Below the pieces are notes generated by a model. The model had not been told where the DNA came from. It saw nothing but the letters and a program-made list of their open reading frames with translations, and did no database searches. From the NCBI GenBank assembly GCA_964016885.1, contig OZ024742.1, positions 125,364,001-125,428,000 on the forward strand: DNA of 64,000 nucleotides. Reading direction: 5' to 3'. The DNA is from Eledone cirrhosa (taxonomy: Eukaryota). Of this stretch, positions 40,201-52,269 are shown one piece after another. The stretch's first letter is position 1. Every line of letters begins with the position of its first letter. The position numbers and the translations under genes are program-made.

Positions 40201-40860
40201 CTTGTCCTAGCCCGTCAGCATTCATCTCCTCAGTGGCCGTATCTCTGTTCCAGGTATTATTTATCTCAGTATTCAGATCATTGTCTGCTTCGGGTGGTTC
40301 CTCCGTTCTCAGGACCTCCTCACCTTCATTTCCCGCCGGCTCGCTTGTCTGGCATACTACACCCGCCATCTCCAAGCCATTCTCTCTGCTCAGTTCCTCC
40401 AGTTCCAGCTCGCTTATCCACCCATTAGTTCTTATTACCCGAGCCTGCCCGGCCAATTTTTGTTCATCTAATTTAAATAAACCAATCTCGTTCCAGATGT
40501 TATGCATCCGTCTCCTGTAGCCCCTCTCCTTGGGGTTACTTTTCAGGTAGCATTGCATAACAGTTCTATTCAATTCTTTCGTCCAGTTGGTTCTGGCCCC
40601 TTTCCTTCTTCTTCTTCCTCCAACATCAGCAGTATTTGGTTGACAGTCAGGTTCCTGCTGCTGAGCCAGGGGGCACCTGTTGGGTGAGAGTCTGTCACAT
40701 GACGTTCTAGTCTCCATTTCACCGTTATTCGAACTGTTTATGTTCGATATTTAAACACTCTTATCGAGGATTGGCGAATGTATGTTTACATAGCCATCTG
40801 TGGATCCGCCATCCCACTTGGCCCTTGTGTGGCATTATCACCACGCTGTATACGGACACA
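37251..40860 (-). mobile_element. R4/Dong-clade RLE non-LTR retrotransposon, apparently intact copy
   Basis: Single long ORF and a ~75-bp 3' UTR ending at (TAA)n. The 5' boundary is uncertain and may extend to ~42090. Confidence 0.88.
37325..40717 (-). CDS. RT + CCHC zinc finger + restriction-like endonuclease polyprotein, 1130 aa
   Basis: 'NWKSPGPDG', 'NYRPITCL', 'DYRKAFDMVPH', 'GIFQGDSLSPLLF', 'HLLFMDDLKL', 'CRICGEREETVAHIVSEC' and 'RPDLVVVD...IVDVACP...EKINRYQDL'. No internal stops. Confidence 0.96.
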   Translation of the reverse strand: METRTSCDRLSPNRCPLAQQQEPDCQPNTADVGGRRRRKGARTNWTKELNRTVMQCYLKSNPKERGYRRRMHNIWNEIGLFKLDEQKLAGQARVIRTNGWISELELEELSRENGLEMAGVVCQTSEPAGNEGEEVLRTEEPPEADNDLNTEINNTWNRDTATEEMNADGLGQDSVDILNLVVDELNNDSGRPMNLRFVDRKKLKETTAKVNKVIPYLEARSLHQCNNILKATANTVRKLLGIKARGNNRQERAEPWWKKRLSGQIGEMRNDIGKLESLLNGTLKNIGTKNRLEIKYKTRSKKLNIIIEELKQRIVAKSAKIRRYENRVSQYKQNRMFDNNQKMLFGQLEGKERGNDLIPGAEQAKTFWRGIWEQDVRHNAQAGWIETVQREIGEQAQQQTDLSITVETLKGQAKKLTNWKSPGPDGVQGYWIKHLTSLHPKLTAMFNDCLVSGEVPEWLTKGTTVLIMKDRIKGNDVTNYRPITCLPVMWKLLTSIVSEEIYHHLHTNNLLPDEQKGCRKKSRGTKDQLLIDKMVMGNCRRRHTDLAMGWIDYRKAFDMVPHSWITKSLEIFRVADNIRQLLGRSMGSWETELTSTGVSLGSVKIKRGIFQGDSLSPLLFVLALMPLTIMLRKVRAGYKLGRGELTINHLLFMDDLKLFGKSEKELDVLVDTVRIFSSDICMQFGIGKCGVIVMRRGRLSRSNGIQIPTGEMIKEIDSEEGYKYLGVLEADGIKNKKMKELLRTEYIRRVRSVLKSHLNSRNAISAVNSRAVSIIRYSAGILRWNVAEQKEMDRKTRKLLTIYNMFHKRSDVDRLYLRRSEGGRGLISIEDCVQMEKNNLYKYVTYSKEPMLRAVLKEGTVGQGIPKEEITSRRKSSLKGKSLHSTFFEKTEFRDPQTWNWLRRGDLKKATEGMLMAAQEQALKTKWLKHHIYKEEASPLCRICGEREETVAHIVSECKHLAQTHYKGWRHDVMGRVIHWHLCKVNNLPHSEKWYEHRPEAVMENSQVKVLWDFRIQTDKKLEHNRPDLVVVDKEKRSCLIVDVACPFDTRVQEKEREKINRYQDLKWEVKRIWNCHEVKVIPIVIGALGTISKGFQGWLKKIGPFTLFGTLQKACLLGTARTLRYVLNI

Positions 40861-41286
40861 CATAAACAAACAAACACACGGGCAGAAAGGGCCCCAAAAA
40901 TGAATAAGCATAAGTTTCATTGTAATGTAGTATTCGAATGTCTGACTTAGTTTTTGTTTTTTAAGTTTTACTTTTTCCCCCCTCTTCTCTGTCCGTCCGC
41001 CTGCTTCTCTCTTCATTCTTATTTTCTTTACGTTTTTGGGGTTTCTTTTTTTGTTTTTGTTTTTCTCTGTTTTTCTCGTTTTTTACTGTTGTTGCTGTGC
41101 TGCTTTTGTTGTTTGTTTTTTCTTTTTTCTTTTGAGTCTATCTATATATTTTGATGCCTTCCTCTTTGTTAGTAGTAGGAATTCTATAATGTGGAAGTGG
41201 TAGCCAGCAGAGACTGGCGGCGTTGGCGATACTGAGACAGTGGTGGTGGTGATGTCGATACCGAGGCAGTGGTGGCGGTGATGCGA

Positions 41287-41930
41287 CCGTATTACTGTAG
41301 TGATGGTGCTGTAGCGGTGGCAGCAGCAGTGAAGGAGTCAGGGGGTGGTGGTGGCGGTGATGGGATAGTGGTGGTAATGATGGCCGTAGTGAGCGGTGGC
41401 GGTGAAGGTGAAAATGCTGTTGTGTTTAGTGTACACAGATGATGGGGTGGGTGGTGTATCTAGTTTCTGGTGTTGGTGAGTTTCGCTGTCCTATATAGTG
41501 TAGCCAGAGGAGAGGAGGGGGGGGGGGTTCTTCTTCTTCCATTTATAGCCATTTTATTTTGGGGGGGGGGGATATACAGTGTACAATACAAAGTTGAATA
41601 TTTGAATATTTGAGCCGTATTACTGTAGTGATGGTGCTGTAGCGGTGGCAGCAGCAGTGAAGGAGTCAAGGGGTGGTGGCGGCGGTGATGGGATAGTGGT
41701 GGTAATGATGGCCGTAGTGAGCGGTGGCGGTGAAGGTGAAAATGCTGTTGTGTTTAGTGTACACAGATGATAGGGTGGGTGGTGTATCTAGTTTCTGGTG
41801 TTGGTGAGTTTAGCTGTCCTATATAGTGTAGCCAGAGGAGAGGAGGGGGGGGTTCTTCTTCTTCCATTTATAGCCATTTTTTTTTTGATATACAGTGTAC
41901 AATACAAAGTTGAATATTTGAATATTTGAG
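41287..41930. repeat. Tandem duplication, ~328-bp period
   Basis: 41287-41614 and 41615-41930 are near identical except for homopolymer lengths. Confidence 0.95.
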
Positions 41931-42099
41931 CCTTATAACAATATATTTTGGGTCCGAATTTTTTTGGGGCTCAAGCCGGGTGCTTTACGTAGCATTTGTA
42001 CTAAGAGTTGTTATTTCACAAATGATTTAAATATGTTAAAAATTCAAAACTTACGGGAGCGATTTCATGACCTCCGTCACTTCGTGCGTCTTCTTCTTC

Positions 42100-42137
<38 letters not shown>

Positions 42138-42141
42138 TTTC

Positions 42142-43440
42142 TTTGAGTCTCAGTCATTGATGTTAGTTAACTGGAAAGTTTGTTGAAATGAATATCAAGC
42201 CATTCCCTGCAGCCTCAGATATTCAGGACGTATCGGAGAGTTCTTGCTGTTCCCAGCAAGCATGCCTTTTGAAGAGTTCCAAAACCGGGGCGGAGCCAAT
42301 TTTCTTTAACCATCCTTGGAAACTTTTTGAGATAGTACCTAGTGCGCCTATGACAATCGGGACCACTTTGACTTCATGGCAGTTCCAAATCCTTTTTACC
42401 TCCCACTTTAAGTCCTGGTATCGGTTAATTTTCTCCCTCTCCTTCTCTTGCACTCTCGTGTCGAATGGGCAGGCCACATCCAGAATCAGGCACGATCTTT
42501 TTTCCATGTCCAAAACCACCAGGTCAGATCTATTGTGTTCCAGTTTCTTGTCCGTCTGTATCCTAAAATCCCATAGCACCTTCACCTGATCGTTTTCTAT
42601 CACCGACTCTGGCTTATGCTCATACCACTTCTCAGAATGTGGTAAATTGTTTACTTTGCATAGGTGCCAGTGGATCACCCTGCCCACCACATCATGTCTC
42701 CAGCCTTTATAGTGAGTCTGGGTTAGGTATTTACACTCAGATACAATGTGAGCCACAGTCTCCTCTCTCTCTCCACAGATCCTGCACTCTGGGCTAGCCT
42801 CCTTCTTGTAAATATGGTGTTTCAACCACTTCGTTTTGAGGGCCTGCTCTTGCGCAGCCATTAGCATTCCTTCTGTAGCCTTTTTAAGGTCTCCTCTTCT
42901 CAACCAGTTCCATGTCTGTGGATCTCTGAATTCAGTTTTCTCAAAGAAGGTACTATGAAGGGATTTTTCATGAAGGTTGCTCTTTCTCTTCGTTGTTATT
43001 TCCTCCTTGGACATCCCCTGGTCTATTGTCCTCTCCTTCAGTACAATTCTGAGCATTGGCTCGTTACTATCGGTCACGTATTTGTGTAGGTTGTTTTTCT
43101 CCATCTGAACACAGTCCTCTATGCTGATAAGACCTCTTCCACCTTCAGATCTCCTTAAGTAGAGTCTATCGACATCAGTCCTCTTGTGGAACATGTTGTA
43201 GATAGTCAATAGCTTCCTAGTCTTCCTATCCATTTCTATTTGTTCAGCAACATTCCATCTCAGAATTCCCACACTGTACATAATAATAGACACAGCTCGG
43301 GAATTTACTGCACTTATGGCATTCCTACTGTTCAGATGTAACTTTAATACGCTCCTTACTCTCCGAATGTATTCAGATCTTACCCTACTCTCCGAATGTA
43401 TTCAGATCTTACCTTACTCTCCGAATGTATTCAGATCTTA
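42142..43440 (-). mobile_element. 5'-truncated R4/Dong copy 2
   Basis: The 356-aa ORF matches the C-terminal third of the 1130-aa protein. Same 3' UTR; (TTA)n on both sides. Confidence 0.95.
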
Positions 43441-43464
43441 ATTATTATTATTATTATTATTGTT

Positions 43465-43915
43465 TTTGAGTCTCAATCATTGATGTTAGTTAACTGGAAA
43501 GTTTGTTGAAATGAAATATCAAGCCACCCACCTGCAGCCTAGGACGTATCGGAGGGTTCTTGCTGTTCCTAGCAAGCATGCCTTTTGAAGCGTTCCAAAA
43601 AGCGTGGCGGGGCCAATTTTCTTTAACCATCTCTGGAAACTTTTTGAGATAGTACCTAGTGCGCCTATGACAATCGGGACCACTTTGACTGCATGGCAGT
43701 TCCAAATCCTTTTTTACCTCCTACTTTAAGTCCTGGTATCGGTTAATTTTCTCCTTCTCCTTCTCTTGCACTCTCGTGTCGAATGAACAGGCCACATCCA
43801 CAATCAGGCACGATCTTTTTTCCTTGTCCAAAACCACCAGGTCGGGTCTATTGTGTTCCAGTTTCTTCTCCGTCTGTATCCTAAAATCCCACAGCACCTT
43901 CACCTGATCGTTTTG
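43465..43915 (-). mobile_element. 5'-truncated R4/Dong copy 3
   Basis: RLE region and 3' UTR with indels; (TTA)n on both sides. Confidence 0.93.
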
Positions 43916-43961
43916 TATTATTATTATTAATATTATTATTAGTATTATTATTACCCCCTCC

Positions 43962-44190
43962 TCTTTCTTCTTCTTCTTCTTCTTCTTCTTCTTCTTCTTC
44001 TTCTTTGGAGTTTCGTGGAGGTAGCAGATCCTGTCAGAATCAACCATCTCAATGATACGGTTGGATCCACAAACGACACCAGCCGAGCTCACGGATCATC
44101 TTATCCAAAGATCTTCCTCTGGTTGCTGGCTCTCATGTTGCTGGGTTTTGCCCGGAAAATCTTACGTGCAATTCTCACCTGGGACATACC
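43962..44190 (-). mobile_element. RTE-like LINE 3' end with (GAA)n tail
   Basis: 'MSQVRIARKIFRAKP' C-terminal motif; homologous to 45684-45935. Confidence 0.55.
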
Positions 44191-45683
44191 CATTTATATA
44201 ATAATGTATAATACTACCAAAATACTATTCCTCTATGAAAATCATCTGTCCTACTAAACAATTGTTAGAAATAACTGACAAATATCCCTTAACGAGCCTC
44301 TTGCAGTAAAGCTTCGTCTATGATTTGGTTCTATTGGAATTCCATAGAAAATTATAGTTCAATCTTTACGGCAACTCTTAGAATATTTCACAACTATTTA
44401 ACATGGAAATTAATAAAACATGTGTAGTGTTACCTCTTAAAATGCCGACGAAGAAGAAATTCGCAGAGACGCCCGCTGCAGGAAAATCTATTATGTTAGC
44501 AATATTACATTTTCCGTTGTTTATTAACTGGGAAAATATAATTATGCAGTGTTACCGGCTATATAATCCAGTCATCCCCACTATAAGTAACTGTACAATT
44601 ACTGAAAATTGTTTTAGTTCTTGTATCCCAAACCTCTTTTGGTCGAGCAGACCAATGGGCAAAAGCGTTCCAGCCGAGATCATCCTGCCCTTTGGTTTTG
44701 GGAGAAACAAGCAATACTTTATCAAACGTGTCCTTCTATATTTTAAGAGGCTATAGTATGTGATTGAAGGGATATTTAACTGCTATTTCTCTCGGAAAGC
44801 TCCATATTTATTTTATCTGAATAATATTTATATTTGGATATTAATTTTGGATATTATGTTTAACTAATTTACATTTCAACTGTGGAAAAAGTACTTTAAT
44901 TTAAAATTCTGAATATTTCTAAAATGCTTTAAATTCATAAAACCCTTGGGGCAGCAGCCGTTACATTTAATATTGTAAAAGCATGTCATTAGATAATATG
45001 AAGCCCTTGGCTATTTCCTTTCAATCTTCGGGCTTAGTAATTAACGGTACATCAATCAACAAATTCCGCCTATTGAAATGCATCTTTTTCCTTCATCCTT
45101 ACAGCGTCGGGTTATATCACATATTCAACTACTATCATTAAGGAAGTCTTAAAGTAGTAAACAGCTAATGTTTCCATTATTTAAATACTGATAAAACACA
45201 TATATTTTCCAAGTTGTATTCTTCATACAATTCTTTCTATCATATTAAATATTCAATCTTAGTCAACGAATATCTTTCTTAATTTCCACCAGTCATTTCA
45301 AAGAACTCAATAAGATGTGTTGCAATTTACTACTAGGTTTAGAATTCTTAATACAGAATAATATCATTTGACACCCCTTCCATATTAAATTCTAGAAATA
45401 AATTAATTGTGTATTCATTTTAATAAATGCATATCCTTGCAATTTTATTTCACTCATTATGAGTGAAATTATAAGGGCAGTGTCGGTAGAGCATCGGACA
45501 AAATGCTTTACGGCATCTAGTTACGTCCCTTTACGTTCTGAGTTCAAATCCAACCCCTTTTCATCCTTACAATGTAAAACCCCAGCATGATTACACCCCT
45601 AATATTGAAGCTGGTAAAAGGAATCAACATATAAAAGAATACCATTCAATAATCATTTAACTTTCGAAATCAGAAAGAAAAAG

Positions 45684-45935
45684 TCTTCTTCTTCTTCTTC
45701 TTCTTCTTCTTCTTCTTCTTCTTCTTCTTCTTCTTCTTCTTCTTCTTCTTCTTCTTCTAACAGGTCCTGTCAGAAACAACAGTCTTCAATTGATCCGTTT
45801 GGATCCCCAAATGAGAGCAGCCGAATTCATGGATGTTATCTAAACATCATGCTCGGGTTCTACCACTGAGGCTTCTGCTGGTTGGTTTTGTCCATCTAAT
45901 CTGTCCAGCGATTCTCTCCTGAAACATACTAACCG
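45684..45935 (-). mobile_element. RTE-like LINE 3' end with (GAA)n tail
   Basis: 'MFQERIAGQIRWTKP...GRTRA*CLDNIHE...LKTVVSDRTC', then (GAA)n. Confidence 0.55.
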
Positions 45936-46409
45936 TAATATCGGAGATGTGATCACTCAGTTCGAACACGTAGCGGCTCTACCTGGAGCGACTATATTAT
46001 CTCCGAACAACGCACTTTTCAATATATTATCTGGCAGAAATTATTTTTCCCTTCATTCTTTTTACGTCTTAAAGAATTACTCTTTTTTCACAACGTTGTT
46101 ATACGCATAAAGTTATTGTTCAAAAAAGGTTTTTATTTGTTAGGAATAACTGAGAGGTGACTGAAAGTTGCTGAGATTCACCTGATGAACAATTTCCTAT
46201 CCCATCCTTCAGTTATCGGACTTCCTTACATCTGCCGCTATTAACAATGTAGAGCTGAACAACCTTTTCAGAGGCTTAGGCATCTTAAACGATAATATAT
46301 TCATAAGTAACCCCATTGAGTCATTGATGACCTATAAATGTCTGAGAAGAACCGTCCAGTAGGAACTAGCTTTCATTACATCAGTTTCCATTATAAATAA
46401 TCAGTGAGA

Positions 46410-46830
46410 GTGGCAGCCAATATTATTTGTGGCATAGAGTTACGGCCATAGTGTGGCATTGAGTTACGGTCCATTAATCTCAGAGTTCAAATCCCGCCGG
46501 GGTTAGCTTAGTCTTTGATCTTCATGGGGTCGATAAAATAATGCTCCAGTAATGCACTGGGTGCGATTTGATCGACTTTACCCACCCCTAAAATTGTTGA
46601 TCTTTTGCCTAAATAAGAAACCCTTACATATAATCAGTGAACGGCGGTGGAATTGCAGTACCACTGAAGTTTCGGACAATATGCTTTGCGGTATTTAGAT
46701 ACGACATTCTGTGTTGTGATTTCAAATCCTGCCGTGGTCAACTTTGCTGTTCTCCCAACCAGATTCGATAAAATAAAGAACCAGTTACGGTATTCCCCTC
46801 TGGTCTTGTATCAATATTAGAAAGAATTAA
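46410..46830 (+). mobile_element. Two tandem SINE family A copies
   Basis: B boxes at ~46483 and ~46718, with 'tcgataaaata' cores. Confidence 0.75.
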
Positions 46831-47512
46831 ATACAATCACTATTATCTCAATCACTAGACAAAACAACAATGTTCTCACAGCTGAAAAATCTATCTGAAG
46901 ATAAACACTTTTCTTTTACTCATTAAGTATCTTTGGAGATTATGTTTGTATTGATATCTCTATGACCAATTGTTTCTGGAAGTTGTATACCGTGCCTCAT
47001 CACCGAAATAAACAACGTTGAATTTAGTGTCTGTCCATCTTTTCAAAGAAAATAATTGAAGACAATCCTAGTGTTGTACTAGAAGGAAAATAATAACTCT
47101 TACTGAGCTGCTGAAATCACTTCATTGGAGTGGGTATATGTGCAAAGTACAAATATTCCTGAAGGATAAATCGATAAATTGATATGAATGTTCATTAAAT
47201 CATATTCATAGGAAGAAATCTATAGATCCTCTCATACATTGGATATTCTGTTCACTTATTTGCTAATGAATACTTATTTTACTAATGAGTACTTACCTAT
47301 ATATATTCACTCCAGTGATTTGTGAAATAGATGAACGCATTCAGAAAAAAAGATAACAAAACTATTATGACACAATGAGCAATTTCTAAGAAATAAGTTA
47401 GAAGACGCAGACAACATACGCACAGTAAAATACACACACACACTCACACACACACACATACACACGCCCGCGCGCGCACACAAACACACACATATATATA
47501 TATATATATATA

Positions 47513-47546
<34 letters not shown>

Positions 47547-47547
<1 letters not shown>

Positions 47548-47737
47548 CGAAGGAAATGTGGTAAGGAACCAGGTGGACCATAACGCACCAAAGTACTTAA
47601 TACCTAGGGTAGTAGAGTGGGTAATAGGAACGAGTAGGACCCCGACGACTGAGCTCAAGCCGTTTCGACGGCTAATTCTGGAGTCCAGAATTAGCCGTCG
47701 AAACGGCTTGAGCTCAGCCGTCGGGGTCCTACTCGTT

Positions 47738-47742
<5 letters not shown>
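47547..47742. mobile_element. Fold-back mini-element F1: leader plus 59-bp arm palindrome (centre 47683)
   Basis: Arms 47624-47682 and 47684-47742 with one mismatch; (TA)n on both sides. Confidence 0.92.
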
Positions 47743-47787
<45 letters not shown>

Positions 47788-48539
47788 TGGTTCAGGGCCG
47801 TTAACCATTTCAAGACAGGACTGTTACTGATGTGATCGCGTGCAAACCAAAATGAAAAGAGAGCGACGGAAAGTAAAGCTATATTTATGGACACATTGTT
47901 CGGAATTGCTTACCTATACAAGCGAAAGCTTATGCTTAGAAACTAGATGGTTTTGTTTGGTAATAAATAACAACCTATTTTATGTATTCTATGAATATTG
48001 GTAAAACAATAAATATAGGATACAATAGAGTAAATTGAATCCGTTTACGTGGGTGTCCTTACACCGTTTATAATCAAGTAAATGTCAGCATATATTTTCG
48101 AAGCCCATACAATATTTCTGATACACAGCTTTAGTAGTGTAGATGTCACTATTTGAAATTGTATCACTATCTAATCTTTCGTTAGTTCATATATGTTGCA
48201 AGGTAAGACTATACATATATATATGTAAGTCTATACATATATATATATAGGTAAGTCTATATAGATATATATATACTCGCAGAAATCTCCGGCGTTGCCC
48301 AGGTTAAAGACAATAATGTTTTCTTTATTAATTCTTTATTAACTACGACGAGGGTTGACAGGTTAAATACAATAATGAAATTGCATTCAAAACTTTTTCT
48401 ATGGTATATTTGAATTTGAAACTTCTAATATAGCTGTTTCTTGTATGTAACATATTGTGTAGTTGCAATAACATTTCCTACTTTTATTCTTTATTCCTTT
48501 CATATATTGCCTGTGCTTTTGTTTTCATATCAATAATGG

Positions 48540-48930
48540 AATAGAGTTATAAATATTTTTTTTTTTTTCTGAAAGTGGCTCAAGTGGTCCAATTCTATTG
48601 TACAATTGCCCTTTTATCTTGAAAGTGGGCATAAAGCTATCTTCACGGTTGTCATTTGCACCAAATGATGTCATTTGGAATGCATTATTGTACTTCCGGA
48701 TATTTCGAAGAAAGTGTTTTGATTCAGTAGTTGTACCAATCAGCAGGTCCCCACCCCCGTAGTCTCTGGTGGTTCAGATAATAGTTTTAACTTAATCTTT
48801 CTATTTAAACAGCACAATACAGTTTAATCACTATTGTATTTTTTAACACCACAATTTGGACAAATTTCTTTCATTGAGGAAATTCGAATTAAAGTTTCTG
48901 AGGCATAATCTTGATGGGGATTATATTCCG
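48540..48930 (-). pseudogene. Helitron Rep/helicase N-terminal fragment
   Basis: 'MKEICPNCGVKKY...CCLNRKIKL' and 'ESKHFLRNIRKYNNAFQMTSFGA...FMPTFKIKGQLYNRIGPL'. Helitron-type terminal motif 'ccggcgttgcccagg' at ~48290. Confidence 0.8.
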
Positions 48931-49752
48931 TTGTAACAAAGTTCCACTCGGCAACCTTTTTAAACCATACATTTTCTGTTCTTGCTCTCTGTTCACATCG
49001 CCCTTCAGTGTTTTTTTTTAGTTTCAGTTTCTTCAAGCCTCCTTTGAGCTGCTCTATTACGTTCCCATTGCTGTTTTGATGATTTTCGTACATCTGATTC
49101 CTCTTGACGAATAGATGTTTTCATTGTTCTATCTTTAGCAAGCATTTTTTATCTTTGTTACCTCTGATTCATTCTGTCTATTCAGTGCACTTAATATTTG
49201 TTCTTGAAGCCTTGATGATCTTTGTGTATCTGATTCAACCTCTGTTTTGAGCTGGAGTTTGGTACCTTTAATTCCCCTTAACGAATAGTTGCTTTTCTTG
49301 TCCTAGCATCTTTACCAAGCCTTTTTGGTCTTTGTTCTGATTCATTTGGGCTATATTTCTTTGTTATTTGTATTTGTTTTGGAAGTCTTTCTTGTCGCTG
49401 CTTCAAAGCCACTACACAAAATTGAATGAAAACATTAGAGGTGTGTGGGCAGTGGAGAACTTTAGTACAATGTCTGAGGGCCGTCTATCAATTCTGGATG
49501 ACCCAGCAAGCGTAAACATAAGTTTATTGACTTTGTCCGTGGGTCTGGTGAATAGAACCTAAAGCAACTGCTGCACAGAAGAAGACAATCCCTGAGTCTC
49601 TCCACCGGAATTTACAGAAGGGTTGTCAAAGAGGATCTTAAGAAGAACGCCTACTGGACACATACTAAACAAAAGTATAATGTAGCAGATAAGACTTCCT
49701 TGATCACCGAAAACCTGTTAGTAAATGCGTGGCACATACGACTTTTCAATAA

Positions 49753-52062
49753 CACTGGTCAACAAAATTAAATGTATTATACTCATTATGAATGCAAACC
49801 AACTTTTTTTAGACTAATTGTTCCTGCTGATTTCAAAATTTCACTCCATTTGTATGCAGCACGTATCAGTTATACAGTAAATACATGCAAATATTTACAT
49901 ATTTGTATATATGAAATCATTAACGTAATAAATAAGGACATATTATTTTTAGAAAGTAAATGAGTTTATTGAGTTAAAAATCATCACTATTATTCTACAA
50001 AGAGTGAATACACAAAAAACTGGTTCAGACAAAACAGACAAAGTTAGAACAGCAGAGTTAGAAACATTGTGATTTGGATTTCCTGTGGTATTCCTGATCT
50101 GGTTGTTCACGGTAAGGTGTCCAGCAGTAGTCAGCCAGCATACTGTCATTCCAGAAGCTTGGTAGCGTTTTTTCCATAGCACTAATGTAGTGGTGAAATC
50201 TTTCACCATGTTCTTCAGACACTGCTCCAAGGTTATTTGCGAAGAAATCCAGGCTGGAACCCAAGGAGTGAACTTTCAGTGACATGGGACAACCCATTGC
50301 TGGGTAACATTTCAGAAGATACTGGATGCCATCCTTGTAGTCCATTGCCTTCCTATTGCCCAAATCATTCTCACAGATCCAATTGAAAGCATTCCAGGCA
50401 GGCAGTTCCAGTTCATCCAGTGTTGTCTTGAAGTTGACATCTTTGAGCACTTCTCTAATTTGGGGGCGGACAAAGGTACCCTATTTCAACTTCGCCTGTG
50501 TGATTTGGGGAAACTTTTCAACAATATACTCCAACCCTCTGGCATTTCTCTTCCCCAGTGTTTTTACAAAGTGTTTCATCATTTATGTGAAAGGAGGAAA
50601 TAAGACATTACATGGATATACAAGAGGTGTATTCTTGACGCTAGACAGTCCTGGCTGGTATGATGTTCTTGTCTGCCAGTTTGATTCCGAATAATGTCTG
50701 TCAGTTGCCCGACTATCCCATAGACACAAGAAACAACAGTATTTTGTGAAACCTGACTGCATTTCCATTAACATTCCAATGACTTTTAAATCTCCACATA
50801 TTTTCCATGATTATCTTTCATAGGCAATGGCAGGAAGTAAAAGTTCCATATTCTCATATGATTCATGAAGATGAATGTAGTGTGCAATAGGAATGGAGGG
50901 CTTCAAATTAACATTGAAGAGTCAATAAACAAACGCTACTCTGCAGGATCATGATTTTGTGATAAACATTCTAAAAGTCCATCGATATTACTGCAAAAGC
51001 AAAGCGTGCCTTCAACAGAAAGACACGTTTGTAGAACCATATTTCTCTGCCGAAAATAAGTTATACGATCACCGTACTCTAGCAGATAATTCTCCTTCAT
51101 ACTTGACACCAACAGTTCTGCTTTATCTTTTGAGAGGGATAGCTCTCTGACAAGATCATTTCAACTTGGGAAAATTTCTGAGCTTCAAAGCTATCGTCAA
51201 CAGCCACGTAATCTTCCTCAGCAGCACTATCATTTGGTGGAACTGGAATTGGCAGACTTCCATTGTGAGGCACAGGTCTCATTGCAGAATCTAAATTGGG
51301 ATACACAGTTTTGTGTTTATTCTTCATCGAAAATCCTGTGACATTTAATTTGCAAAAATAACAGTCATTTGCAAAAATAACAGTCATTAAAATGGTCTTT
51401 CGGCTCCCTCCATATCATTGGAATGGCAAAAGGCATGGACTTCTCATTATTATTGAACCAGTCACGTAAGCCATTTGAGAAAGCTGAGCAGATAAAATGT
51501 GGTGCACATAACTTGTCTTGATCTCCAAGAGGACAGTAAAAGTATGGCTTATAAATCTTCTTGATCTCGGGTGTTATACGTTTTTGAGCTTTCACAATAA
51601 ATTGTCCACAGACATAACAAAACACATCAGGACAATTTCTACACTGTCTTGACATTGTTAATACTGTAAAACAAGTAAGAAAATAGATACAAACGGTTAT
51701 ACTTATATTGAATTTGAGATGATGAAATATTTCATCAGACCAATTATGGCTGGACAATTTGAGATGTTGAAATACCTATTTCATTAAACAAAACTTGATT
51801 GGTTAATTTGTGATGATGAACTATGTAGCAATGAATAATGTAGTTTATGTTAAATGTATGTTTCCATGATGTAAATGAAATACATGCATACACGTCGTTA
51901 ATTGGAATTTCTATATAATGCATGAGTTAAACGCAAAAAACTTTCTCATCTTGAAAACTGTACGCGATCTCAAAAAACTAATTGTATATTTGAAATCAGC
52001 ATTAGAAACTACACTAAGTACACCTTGACATATGCTTGATGAAAAATACTTGTTAACCAGTG
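49753..52062 (-). mobile_element. Chapaev3 (CMC/Transib-related) DNA transposon, full span, transposase pseudogenised
   Basis: TIRs CACTGGT(C/T)AACAA with a TAA target duplication at 49750-52 and 52063-65. Subterminal inverted 'tgctgatttcaaa'. Transposase motifs 'CRNCPDVFCYVCG', 'GDQDK', 'PMIWREP..H..DCYFC', 'QSGFTKYCCFLCLWDSR' and 'SEEHGERFH...MLADYCW'. The superfamily call rests on recalled TIR/TSD rules. Confidence 0.82.
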
Positions 52063-52269
52063 TAATCATACAATCACAGGAAAATTTGATATATTCATTT
52101 TTTTCCTTACAAATTCGCAAGCTATTTCGATGTCTTCAGTATCAGCTATATAAAAGACAGAAATAGAACAATATGTTATATTTGGGGAGGATCATGTGTC
52201 CTAATATTGTCAAAATTAGTACAATACTCTCACTGTTTGGTTTTGTTTTAGCTTCAGTATATTTCTATG

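Noticed and set aside
37398-40687. Several plus-strand ORFs
   Set aside because: Antisense shadows of the R4 ORF.
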